A DNA stretch of 64,000 bases, taken from contig QPGO01000033.1 in NCBI GenBank assembly GCA_008632985.1, forward strand, positions 186,001 to 250,000, given 5' to 3'. This stretch comes from Psammoneis japonica. Taxonomy: Eukaryota. Position numbers and translations under genes: made by a program. Below the pieces are notes generated by a model that saw only the letters and a list, made by a program, of their open reading frames with translations, ran no database searches and was not told the origin of the DNA. Shown piece after piece: positions 35,410 to 46,513 of the stretch. Position 1 is the first letter of the stretch. The number at the start of each line of letters is the position of its first letter.

Positions 35410-37860
35410 CTACACAACGTCAGAATTCTCTTTCATCTCGTCAACTGATGAAGTCTCCTTGCTATCATCACTGGCTGAATGTTGCAATCGTAGCTGAGAG
35501 GTTACTCTTGCATCTCCTTTCCTGCTACCGTCGTGCAGAGATGGAGCACTTCCCATTTGTTGAGCGTGACTGGCGCGCCTGTCGCGTACTTCAGGAGCGT
35601 CTTCTCCACAAAAGAGGGTTCGGTGGCCTTGGATTCTAATCAGAGGCGTCAATACAGCAGAGGCCAACGCCACATACCCCATCGTTTTAAAAGCACTACG
35701 GTAGTCTGATTCTCGAAATAAAAGAGAGAATCCCGTTCCACCAACGTTACCCCCAGCACCGACGACACCCGCAATGGCGCCCGTCACACCCGGATTGACA
35801 TAAGGCACAATGCCAAACGTGGAGCCCTCGGCAGCCTGGACAAACACGCTAAAGATAATCATAACTGCAATCGCACCACCGAGGGCATCCATCTCTGAAA
35901 ACCCAATGATAGTGACGCCCTCCAAAACTAGCGTCACCGTCTGCACCACGAGTCTTCCTCTCATGCCCCACTTAGCATTGCACATGTCCGAGGCAAAGCC
36001 GCCGAATCCACGGGCAAAGAGATTCATCCAGCCAAAAATAGACGCAACCGCAGCGGCTGCCTCGGTGGACTGGCCAAACTCGTCCTTGAAATAAAGCGCT
36101 GCGGCGTTTACCATGGTGATCTCTACCCCAAAGCTGCAGCCGTATTGAATGAGGAGAACCCACGTGTTGAGATTGCCCAAGCCGCTCCCAAAGGCTCGTC
36201 TTGCGCTCACAGACGGTTGAAGACCCTGGCGACGGCGTTTACCATAATTTCCTTTCGGACAGTCGTCAGAACGCCGTACAACTAAAACGGCCATCGACAA
36301 GCACATGATGGCAGGAACGATAAGAACAGTACGCCATGCCTTGTCAGCAGCAGGGTCGACTTCGATTTGTGCCACATCGTCATCCGGCAACTGACCAGCC
36401 GCACCAAAGCTACCGCCATAAAAGATCTTAAAGAGAGGAAACAATAGAGTTCCCATGACGATTTGTGTTACTCCACCACCGAGATTACCCCATCCTGCGA
36501 CAAGGGCATTGGCAGTGCCAGCAACTTCCCAGGTAAACAAGGAGCTGGTCCAGTACTGGCTCGTCACAAAAGCGCTTCCGGCAACACCAATTAAAAGGCG
36601 AAGTATATCAAGGCCCGCTGCGGACTGTATCAATCCCAAAAGCCCCGTGGGAATTGCGCTAATCACCAACGTGCCACACATGACCCACCGAGCACCGTAC
36701 TTATCATTGACGGGTCCGATTAAGATTCTTGTTACTGCGGATCCGGCAACGGCAAGGGTACTGCTTGTCCAAATTTCCCTCTTACTTAGGGAGAGGGATC
36801 GCTGCACCTCCGACAAGAGGGGTGTTATTGCAAACCAGGTGAAGAAGGCAACAAAGAAGGACATCCACGCCAAGTGAAAGACACGCATATGTGGCCGTGC
36901 AAAGGAGTACAACTCAATTTCAACGGCACGATCACCCTGGTTGGGATCCACCAAAAGACTGTAGTTCTCAAATTTTGAATCGTCACTTGCTTGGTGCACA
37001 TAGGGGGATGTTGGGACGTCATCGTCAGCCGCCCCCCGCTTATCTTCGTTGACTCTGCAATCGCTGTACGATGAATCTCCAGCCACATTTTCAATTGACG
37101 TGTCTCTGACACCCTCCCATATGTCAAACGATGAAGAGTTTGAATGTGACGGTAGGTTCTGATTCTCTGAAGTAGGTTCTTCGTCTCTGGTAGGGATTCC
37201 GTGTGAGCCAGCGCTCTCCGTTGACTCTGCTGTTTCAGGAGCTGCTTGGTATGTTTCTTGTTTTGGTGAGCTAATAGGGTTTTCTATTACGCCGTGTTCA
37301 GGCATGGCACTTTCACCCAAGTCCAACTCTTGCACAACAGCTTTGTCTCGAGTAGGACTAAGAACAGGCGACAAGCCCTGACGACGGCTTCTTGCGGTCC
37401 CCCAGGAAACTCGCTTGTGATGATTCGGACTCCAAGAAGCGTTGTTGTTTCTGAATTGACCCGCATACTGGGAAGAAAATTGCGACGAAAGGCGTACCGA
37501 AGAAGCCTCCATGGCTCTTCGGCGCTGTGCTGACATCATAGCTGATCTATTCAAGTGGTGTTCAATCACATCGCCAGCCGCTTTGGACTGGGGTGAAGCT
37601 GTGTAAAATTGTGTGCTCCTATAGGGAGGCTTATCGTCTGGCGCAGAAAAATCCAAGGACGATATTTCTGAGAAAACTTCGTCGTTTACTGTATCATCAC
37701 TCTGAGGGCCACTTTGTTGAGACCTGCTGTCACTCTCGCTGTGCTGAATACTGGCGGGGACGTCAATAACCATCGATGCAAGCTTGTTCCTGCTGTCCCC
37801 GTCCGCAGAGGCATTCCCCAGTCTCTTCGATGCGTCAACTGAGTGGCTATCGCCCTCCAT
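35410..37860 (-). CDS. NRT2: High-affinity nitrate transporter (NNP/NRT2 family) with long N-terminal extension
   Basis: SFARPHMRVFHLAWMSFFVAFFTWF, GTANALVAGWGNLGGG, QYGCSFGVE, MNLFARGFGG..SD, GMRGRL, GSTFGIVPYV, GAGGNVG. Confidence 0.95.
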   Translation of the reverse strand: MEGDSHSVDASKRLGNASADGDSRNKLASMVIDVPASIQHSESDSRSQQSGPQSDDTVNDEVFSEISSLDFSAPDDKPPYRSTQFYTASPQSKAAGDVIEHHLNRSAMMSAQRRRAMEASSVRLSSQFSSQYAGQFRNNNASWSPNHHKRVSWGTARSRRQGLSPVLSPTRDKAVVQELDLGESAMPEHGVIENPISSPKQETYQAAPETAESTESAGSHGIPTRDEEPTSENQNLPSHSNSSSFDIWEGVRDTSIENVAGDSSYSDCRVNEDKRGAADDDVPTSPYVHQASDDSKFENYSLLVDPNQGDRAVEIELYSFARPHMRVFHLAWMSFFVAFFTWFAITPLLSEVQRSLSLSKREIWTSSTLAVAGSAVTRILIGPVNDKYGARWVMCGTLVISAIPTGLLGLIQSAAGLDILRLLIGVAGSAFVTSQYWTSSLFTWEVAGTANALVAGWGNLGGGVTQIVMGTLLFPLFKIFYGGSFGAAGQLPDDDVAQIEVDPAADKAWRTVLIVPAIMCLSMAVLVVRRSDDCPKGNYGKRRRQGLQPSVSARRAFGSGLGNLNTWVLLIQYGCSFGVEITMVNAAALYFKDEFGQSTEAAAAVASIFGWMNLFARGFGGFASDMCNAKWGMRGRLVVQTVTLVLEGVTIIGFSEMDALGGAIAVMIIFSVFVQAAEGSTFGIVPYVNPGVTGAIAGVVGAGGNVGGTGFSLLFRESDYRSAFKTMGYVALASAVLTPLIRIQGHRTLFCGEDAPEVRDRRASHAQQMGSAPSLHDGSRKGDARVTSQLRLQHSASDDSKETSSVDEMKENSDVV

Positions 37861-38110
37861 TGCGGCGTGCTATCTCTCCTGATGAAGTCTCTCACCCATG
37901 TAAATGCACCAATCACATCACAGTGAAACGCAACGTTCACTTCTTGTTTGATGGTCGATTGTCGTGTCAGATCGTGAAATGAAATCAAAGCAACGTATGG
38001 TGCCGTACGCAGGACGTACGGAACGCACGTACTGTACCTGCCGCGCGCGCATACATACATACTTACATGCATACATGCATTTTACAGTCACTAACACTAG
38101 CTCTCTACTG

Positions 38111-40607
38111 CTTCCTCCGGCAAGCGATAATTGTCCACGGCGAAACACCGTGTTATTCTTTTTGGGCCGTATAACGTAGCACCGCTTCCACGCAAGCAGT
38201 CTCGGCAGGAAAAGCATCCACGACCCACGACCAGACATCTCATCAAAACACATGGAACCGCTGATGAGACATGTCGCTCGTGCCGTCAACTGCAACTTCG
38301 TGTGCGACGACACTGCATCATGGACCCTCCTCCACTGCATCCAAGCGTCCACTCAATTGGTGCGTTGGTGCAGGTGGTGCCGGAACACCGCACGGGATGA
38401 CCCGACAGTGAAGGTGGGGTCGGCTGTGTCACGGAATTCAATGCTGCCAATGGCCAAGCGCATGTGCAGCATGCAATCAACAACAGTCTCAGTTTTGACA
38501 TTGTTCCAGGGAGACTCACCCCGGCATCATTGGCTGCAAGTGCTTGTCAGAGATCACCGAATGAAACTCGATGGCCATCAACATTGACGACAGAACAACG
38601 AAGGTGGCTGCACAAGGTCGATTGTGCTCGTGCCAGTGGAAAGGTGAAGGTGAAGAAGGATTCGTGTCACCATGTGTGTGGAGCTGATGGACCACTCCAT
38701 TGTCCCAAGGTTGCAGAGAACTTGTTGTGTCGCAAAGGCGAGGAGTGCTTTCAGAATTGGGAGGTTGCTCTGGACCGAATTCAGGGACAGAACGAAATCC
38801 GAAATTTGCACTGTTGGATTGCTTCCATGACACTCTGCAACGTGCGTTGTCATGTGCATTGTGTGTGTGAGTGTCTGTGCATCAAATGAGTTTGTGCTTC
38901 AATCGCACGTCAATCGTGGGTTCACGCGAAGGACAGATCAATCACACAGAGTTGATCGGATGTCGGAAATTGCAAACATGATCGTACGATGATGTCGACA
39001 TCTTCTGTGTCAATGTCAATCGCATCCGGACAATCTGTTGTCACGATCTCATTCTCCGAAAGGCCTCTTGTCTGTGGGAACAGCACAAATGCCTCAGGCC
39101 ATTGAGAACCCATTCAGAGAAACCCAAAATGATTGAGCAGAAACAAATCTTGTGATTTTCACTTTTCATGCTTGATTCTGCTTTCGTTTGCGACGCGTTC
39201 CAGGTCCAGGTGGGACCTCGCACTGCTGAACTGTGACATCAATGGTTTTTTGAATCACGTTGTATGTTGCGCATGCAGATTTCTACGTGATTTTTTTGAC
39301 ATTTTGTGTCATTTTACGGTGCACTTGTTGAGCGATCTGCCCTGCAACTTTTGACATTTTTTGTTGCAGCGCGATTCTACAACGTCTTAAGAATCGCGTG
39401 GGGCAGGCGCATTTGCAAAAACGTCGAGTGGCAAGAGGCACAATTGTGCCACAAACTTGGCTGTTCATTTGATGTTGAAGACAAACATGTCCATTGATGA
39501 AGTTCTTGCACTGCGGAGCTCGCACGTAGAATCCTGCGGGCCCAATGTCACACGGAGTCCCACCCAGGACTGGAACCCGTCTTACACTTGTTCTTCGAGC
39601 ACAGTGCAGCTCTGTTGGCAAAGTTGGAAGCAGTTGCTCAGAGGGTGGAAAACGACATGGGAAAACGAGTGCGTCTTTGGCGCCAGTGGGGTGACGCAAC
39701 ACCGCACATTGACAAGGTTCTCGTGGCCGGTGTTGATGGTGAATTCTCTCAATGCGGTTGGGAGCTTGCACCACAACCTCCAAACTCCCCACTCACCAAT
39801 GTTGAGGGTGCGCATTTCTTTCCTGCAATGGCCAAGAAGGTCACTGAAGACCAAGGCCTTGAAAGTGGTGGTCGACATTTGCAGGGGGGGCAACTGTGGG
39901 CATCCGTTCGTCGTGTTTATGATTGCCATCCCAAGGGAACAATCGCCCGGTCGTTTGTGCACCACAGTCAAGTGGTGAGTGCTGTTTTTCAGTGTGATGG
40001 GAGGGATGATTTTGCAAAGGATTCGCGATCGCTTCACTGTGGAATTCGGAAGTTTTTTCAGCATGTTGCCAACTCAGAAGAGACGCAGAATCCCGCCGGA
40101 GTGGAGGTGATTTTGAGCACCTTGATCCGGTGGAACAGAGTCCGCGGTGCCCGACGCTGGATGTCATTGGGGATGGGTGCAATCTGGCAGACTTCTTGAG
40201 TGAGAACGAGCTTTCAATGTTGGCGAACAATGTGGGCTGCTCATGTGAGAATGCTGAAGTGCATCTCATGGCGGAGCCAGAACAGAGTCGGGAGCTGTTC
40301 GATGCCGAGGTGCACCTGGAGCAGCACTGTTTTGGAAGGTGCTGTCTCTAGAGAATTGACAGCGTGCACTTGGAACTTGCGCTGGAGCATCTGTGTTGTC
40401 CCGCCATTGTGTCAAGTTGGTGTTTCATTCCGCAGTCGGGCCAAAAGGAGCGATTCAATGGCGAGCTCTAGAAGGTTTTGGTGGTGGCGCGAAAGGTGGC
40501 GCGAAATGGCACATGAACAAAAAAGTGCAGAAGCAGCACCACGATGTGCGGCCCAAAAAGAACAATGCGGTGTTTCCTCGTGGACAGTTGTCGCTTGCCG
40601 GAGGAAG
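38111..40607 (+). mobile_element. Tc1/mariner (plant-mariner/DD39D-like) DNA transposon, decayed, with about 85-bp TIRs and a nested MITE
   Basis: TIRs cttcctccggcaagcga...gaaacaccg...ttctttttgggccg at 38111 and, inverted, ending 40607. Both ends are flanked by TG (inferred former TA TSD). The transposase relic at 39588-40199 contains QWGDATPH and QPPNSPLTNV..AHFFP (cf. QPPNSPDLNVLDLGFF). Confidence 0.85.
39192..39581. mobile_element. 390-bp MITE, copy 1 (TpA-depleted), nested in the mariner
   Basis: About 25-bp TIR gacgcgttccagg.c.aggtgggac. Flanks TTGC/TTAC form a 4-bp TSD with one change. Full-length inverted match to 60939-61328. Confidence 0.92.
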
Positions 40608-41310
40608 TGCTCTAGAGAGTGGCCATCCGCGCAAGTGCAATGATGCCACAGACCATGGCATTTCTTTCTGTGCCGGAACTGGCGCTGATTCTGCACAGCG
40701 CCACATAAAATGCCACATTTTGCGCATGAAAAAAGTGTGCTGGTGATTGATTCTGGCCCCCGACTGCAACGAACTCATTTCCTTGGGGTGCCATTTCCAG
40801 TCGGTTTTCCCTTGTGCACTTCACACGCCCCCGTGCCCAGCGGTTTTTAACGCTTTGCTGTCAACGGAAAAGCAATTGGGGAGCATTGGAAAAATTGGTG
40901 GCGTTGGGGATCAAAATGCCATGTTCATGCCACATTTAGTGCAAAGTGTGGCATTTGTACGGATGACCAACTGCTGGTGGCAGCAGCAGAGAGTACATGC
41001 ATTACATGTGCTGAATGTACGTTTGTCTGTCCGCATTAAAAATTATGACTCAGACATTTGTCCACGATAGTCACATATATGCCTCATGAGTCATTGGATA
41101 AAATTCTCCAGTCATTGTTCGCAATAAAAAAATCTTTAAGACTCAAGAATGGATATTCGATGACTTTCAGATTGCCACAATATTGTCATCAAAAAGTTCG
41201 TTCTCGATGCATGGTGCATCGCATTTTCTGTCTCTAGTGTGCTGGTGTACCGCCAAGAATGACCCTTTAGCTGCATTAAAACAATACTCACCGCTCAACC
41301 AGAGATCAAG

Positions 41311-44300
41311 ATGATGAGATCATTGCAGCGCATTGTCTTCCTTACGCTCCTGGTCCCGACTCGCGGAGGGGATGAAGTGTTTTTACGGCTTCCTTCGTAC
41401 ACTTGTTCCAGTGGCCCATATGTAGGAACATTTCGTACACCAGAAGACTGCGCTGCGGCATCTCTGAGAGACCCTGACTGCAACGGCTATGATATTTCTT
41501 GGAGACTGGTTGGTGGAAACGATGTGAGCTGTTTCAACGGTACTCTTACCTTGCTCTAGTCCACACCCATTCGCTTACTCTCTAGAGTTCCTCGCATTGA
41601 TTCTCTATTGTTGTCATAACAGAAAATGTGCAAATGTTGCAAGCCAAAAGCATTGGGTGAAACAGATGAAATGGCATATTCTCCAACCGATTATTGGGAT
41701 ATATATCAGTACAGACCGCCGCCGGTTCCTCCTCCATTCCCAACGACCGCTCCAAGTGTCCGCATAACATTGTCACCAAGAGGAGACGAAGTATTTTTGA
41801 GGCTTCCTGAGTATAGATGTCCAAACGGAGCATACTTGGGAACATTTGCAACACCGGAAGACTGTGCTGAGGTTGCTCTGAATGACCCTGATTGTACTGG
41901 CTCTGATATTACCTGGAGACTTGTCGGTTCAAGCAAGGTGAGTTTCAATAAGAGTTACTCTGAAGCCAAGGAAGTTATGCATGTTGGCCGACTGACAATT
42001 TTCGTCCTGGCCTCGAATATTGTAGAAGATGTGCTCGTGCTGTTCAGAATTACGTAATGGTGAGACATATGAACAAGCATACACGGCCACTGAATACTGG
42101 GACATTTATCAATACAGACCAGAGCCAATGGCAATACCCAAACGAACGACATCTCCACCGACTCGACGTCCGACGCCGTTGCCAACAACTGCCGAGCCGA
42201 CACCTCTTCCAACGTTGCCTCCAAGTCCTGCTCCTACTCCGTCTCCGACACTACCGCCCACGCCGAAGCCGACGCTGACTCCTACGTCGACACCAACAAA
42301 TGAGTCAACAAAAGCACCTTCAGTTGACAAAAGTTTGGGCTGTATCAATGATCCAGAAGGCTGGCATGACTCGTATGGGGACCAATACGACTGTGTTTGG
42401 TACGCTAGGGACAACAACTGCGAGCAGTACGGAGATTTGTTCAGCAATCTTGGTGCAACAGCGAACAATGCTTGCTGCGCCTGTGACGGGGGCAAAATGG
42501 TTGCTTCGAGAGACTCTGCAGTAACATTGAGCCCGACTCAGCCACCTACTTTTTCTCCACCGCCATGGCCTACTTCTGGACCTACAATGAGCCCCACAAC
42601 ATCAGCTCCGACGGTGCTGCCAACGACTTCTCCCACGTGGACACCTACATCATCTCCCTCAACTCCGCCAACAAGTCGTCCGACACCAATACCAACACTG
42701 AATCCAACAGCTTCTCCAACACAGAACCCAACTTCATCTCCGACATTAAAGCCTACGTCACAGCTTACAATACCCCCAACCTCTTTCCCGACAAAGGCTC
42801 CCACGAATTTGCCTACATCAGCTCCGACAAGGTCACCAACACCGATACCAACGTCTTCTCCGACGGATTCTTCCACCGAGTTGCCGACAAGGGCAACGAC
42901 TGAAATTCCAACTGCAAATCCATCAAAAGATCCGACCCCAACCCCCACAGCACAACCAATTGAGCCCACAATGAGGCCAACGCAAAAGCCAACTCCTCAA
43001 CCATCAAATGCACCCTCTCCAAGCCCAACCCAATCTCCCCGGACACGTGAACCAACAAGCATACCCACAGGGGCACCCACTCAAGTTCTTACACTCGCTC
43101 CAACAACAACGGAACCCACAACGAGACCAACCCAAAAGCTGACATCTAAACCATCAAATGCGCCCTCTCCAAGCCCAACCTTGTCTCCGTCAACTTCTCA
43201 ACCGACTGCACCACCTACACAGCCGCCTAGTCAACCACCAACACTTTCCCCAACTTCGGCGCGAAGCGTTTCAAAAACTGCGAAGCCGACAATAGAGCCC
43301 ATAAGAACTCCACCACGAGGGACTCTTGCACCCACTGCGGCACCAAAGGTGGAAAATTTGGGAAACGGATCGCGTGGTGCGGGGCAATCTTGCTCAAGGG
43401 ATGGGGACTGTAAGTCATCTGCTTGTCGAAGTGGGGTGTGTATGACTTCGTCTGAATGCTATCCAGTGAAGCACAAATTTGGGTCCCAATTTCACCAGAA
43501 CCACGTTAACATTGTCTTTGTGGCGTCGGCCTTTAATACCGAGAGTCACGAAGAATGGCAAAATCAAGTCAACAAGACGTACGCCTTGTTCAAAAACTAC
43601 AACATGTTCTCTGAAAACATTGACGCGCTCAGTTTCTTTCGTGTTGACCCGGAGAGGCTGGACTCAACTTTCTGTGTGGTTGGATGTGCAGGGATAGATC
43701 GATTGTTGTGGTAAGTGGTGGTTGTGTTTGAAGAGACATGGATCTCTCCTTTTTGCTAATTCCGTTCGCCTTTTCACTTTAAAGCTGTGACGTTGAGCGC
43801 GCCCACAGATTATCAAATAAGTGTTCGCCCGTGGGATCGAATGTGCAGACCGTCATCATTCATAACTCCAACGTTTATGGCGGAGCTGGATACACATTTT
43901 CTAACGTGGCAACTACATCCGTGCATCCGAACGCTGCTCTAGTGGCAGTACATGAATTAGGTCACTCGCTGTTCAAGCTCAACGACGAGTACACCTACGG
44001 ACCGGCAACTGACGATGATCCGAATTGTGACTCAACTAGAAAATGCAACAAGTGGAAGGACCTACAAAAAAACACGCCAGCTCCTTATGAACCTGTAAAG
44101 TGCCTGCCTGGGTGCCGCAATGGCAACTTTTTCGTTGGTTCAAAATCCTTCATGGATGTCTTGAATCTTCCTGTAGGCGTGAGTAGCCCTTGTTCTGCAG
44201 CTGCATCTTGGAAAGCCTTCTGCAAGGCTGATCCATAAGCATCCGTCACAAACAAGACTCGCTCAACCTTTTCATTGCCCTTTTTTTGTTCTTTTCGTTT

Positions 44301-44910
44301 CGTTCAGGCTGTGAATGAAAGGTTTACATGTTGTACATATCAAATGCTGACGAAATCGTTTCCATTCTACTGCGACGTCTTTGACTTTTCACCCGGTTAT
44401 CTTCTGAACTATTGCAAAACTAAAGACTATCAACGGTATGGATCAGCAAACTATGAAGTCGAGCCAATGTTGGCGATCCCTGCAAATGCTCAGGAGGCCC
44501 AAAGCAACGCTGAAGCTGAGTATGTGTATGCTTCTGATCCAGTTTTGGTGACAATAACACCCAAGATTCGAAGAAACGGGAAAACGGTTTTTAAGGTGAA
44601 GCAAGCTCGTTTGCCGCCTGGGCCGTTTCCTAGAGCGCAAGTCCACGGTGAATTCTCAAAGTCAAAGGAGGCCGCCAACAAAGGGGTCGATTCGTTGGTG
44701 AGAGTTGTGGTTCTCTACAAAGACGGAAAGGAAACACTTTTATTTTCTCGAAACGTCACAATTGATGTTCCTCTTCCTGATCCTGACGACCCAACGCGGC
44801 AAGGGGACGAGGCAATCTTTGTGTCCCAACAGTCCGACGTTATCGAAGTGGTTTTGAATAAAAAGGGAAGAATCGTGAAGAATGTGCGTGCGCAAATGGT
44901 TGCATTGTAA
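41311..44910 (+). CDS. Secreted multi-domain zinc metalloprotease (M64/IgA-peptidase-like) with two Cys-rich modules and a long Pro/Thr mucin-like stalk; 5 exons (approx. 41311-41523, 41622-41937, 42026-43710, 43785-44179, 44308-44910)
   Basis: Signal peptide, GDEVFLRLP.Y.C..G.Y.GTF.TPEDCA module twice, PT repeats, WHDSYGDQYDC..Y..CC.C.GG module, YGGAG...VAVHELGHSLFKLNDEY (HExxH). Canonical GT/AG junctions. Confidence 0.82.
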
Positions 44911-44988
44911 CAACGTCGAAGTGGTTTTGAATAAAAAGGGAAGAATCGTGAAGAATGTGCGTGCGCAAATGGTTGCATTGTAACAACG
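44843..44988 (+). repeat. Exact 73-bp tandem duplication covering the gene's last codons and stop
   Basis: tcgaagtggttttgaataaaaaggg...gcattgtaacaacg at 44843-44915 and 44916-44988. Confidence 0.95.
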
Positions 44989-45329
44989 AAGCTAAAGCCA
45001 TGGTTTCAGTAAGCTCTACTCTCTATTAGCTCTACTCTAGCTAGGCTCTAGAGTAGAGTAGAAACACCTTTGATACTCGTACTACTGCACTGTGGAAGAG
45101 GCGGAAAGCAATTCAAATATCAGTCGATGATTCGTCCGACTAAAAGACGGAGCAAACCCATCACACATCATCACACATCACACACAACATCAATGTCAGA
45201 GCACTTATTGCAACATCACATCATTGAATTTGGTAGTACTACTCCTAATAGTTACGGATCCTCCGGCAGTTGATCATCCGCTGATAAATAAGAATAAGCA
45301 AAACTTTGGTGCAGCAGCGCTCATCAAGA

Positions 45330-46199
45330 ATGAGCGTTTGGCATAAAACTGCGCGTGCAAGATCTCTTCTTCTGTGGCTCATCTTTGTTCCAGCCCTCGG
45401 ATTTGCGTTTGGCCACACACCGAGGCACTCAATCCCTACTACATTCTCGAAATATGCTAGGGGTGCATCGAAGGATGCACTACTAGAGTCCCTAAGAATT
45501 CGGGGTGGTACGATCATGACTAGCGAGAGTTCCTTGAATGCGAAATTGGCCGATTACAGCGGTGCTGCACGGAGTCTCTTTGGAAATATGCAGAGTCCCG
45601 CTGCTCTTCTGGCGGGTGGGTTGGTTCCTCTAGGTTTACTCGGAGGTCAACTTCCACCCAACAAGGACAGGCCTTTCAACAAGAAACTCCAACGTATCTA
45701 CAACGTTATCGCTGTGCTCTCGCTTAGCAACGAGCTATTGGCAGTCACATACGCAACTGTGGCTTCCAACAAGCTGACAGAGAGTGTTTTGGCCCCATCG
45801 TCGTCTGTCTTCGCCTTGATTAAACGGGACTTTGAGTTGCAATGGGTCGCTGTCAATACGCACTTTATTTGCGGCCTCGTCGGCTTTCTCGCGCTGGTCA
45901 TGATTCGCGCATTAGCTTTGTTTTCTCCCAAGCTCAACGTTGCTGCGGCCTGCACGGCGGCGTCATCTCTCATGGGTATGTTGAGTGTTGTCAACCGTGG
46001 TGTTGCTGCAGGGGATGGTGCAGGACAGGTTCATGGATCAAATCTTCTTACCCTCATGATGAGGTATGTGAGGCTCCTCGTTGCCCAAACAAAGTCCGAT
46101 TTCGGGATCCTGTCCATTGCATCTATCGCGGGAGCCGCGATTTCGTCCATCCTCGTCATTCGAGCTATCCTTGCTCCAGATGATGACGAAGAAGAGTAG
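45330..46199 (+). CDS. Hypothetical multi-pass membrane protein with signal peptide and LRIRGG motif
   Basis: Hydrophobic N-terminus ending in GFAF, an RGG motif at the end of the presequence, about 5 TM segments. Confidence 0.75.
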   Translation: MSVWHKTARARSLLLWLIFVPALGFAFGHTPRHSIPTTFSKYARGASKDALLESLRIRGGTIMTSESSLNAKLADYSGAARSLFGNMQSPAALLAGGLVPLGLLGGQLPPNKDRPFNKKLQRIYNVIAVLSLSNELLAVTYATVASNKLTESVLAPSSSVFALIKRDFELQWVAVNTHFICGLVGFLALVMIRALALFSPKLNVAAACTAASSLMGMLSVVNRGVAAGDGAGQVHGSNLLTLMMRYVRLLVAQTKSDFGILSIASIAGAAISSILVIRAILAPDDDEEE

Positions 46200-46513
46200 T
46201 TTCTCGCATCTTGAAAGCAGGCAATGAAGTTGGATCCAGTAAGACGCCTTCTCTCTTGTAAGCATATGGTAAGGAAGACATCTTGCATAAGTATTTTACA
46301 TATTTATAGCTTTATTCACTTCGTTGAGAGGGGACCATTTTTTCTTTACTCTAGCCCTCACTTCAACCGAAGCGCAAGATAACAGCACACACATATATTA
46401 AGCACAGAACAGTTCTGATGCTCCGTTTGCAAGAATGTTGAAAACACGAGGGAACAGGGCTCTATCTGTCCAATTCAGCCAAGTTGAGCTCGTTTGCGAC
46501 AAAGCATTGTGGC

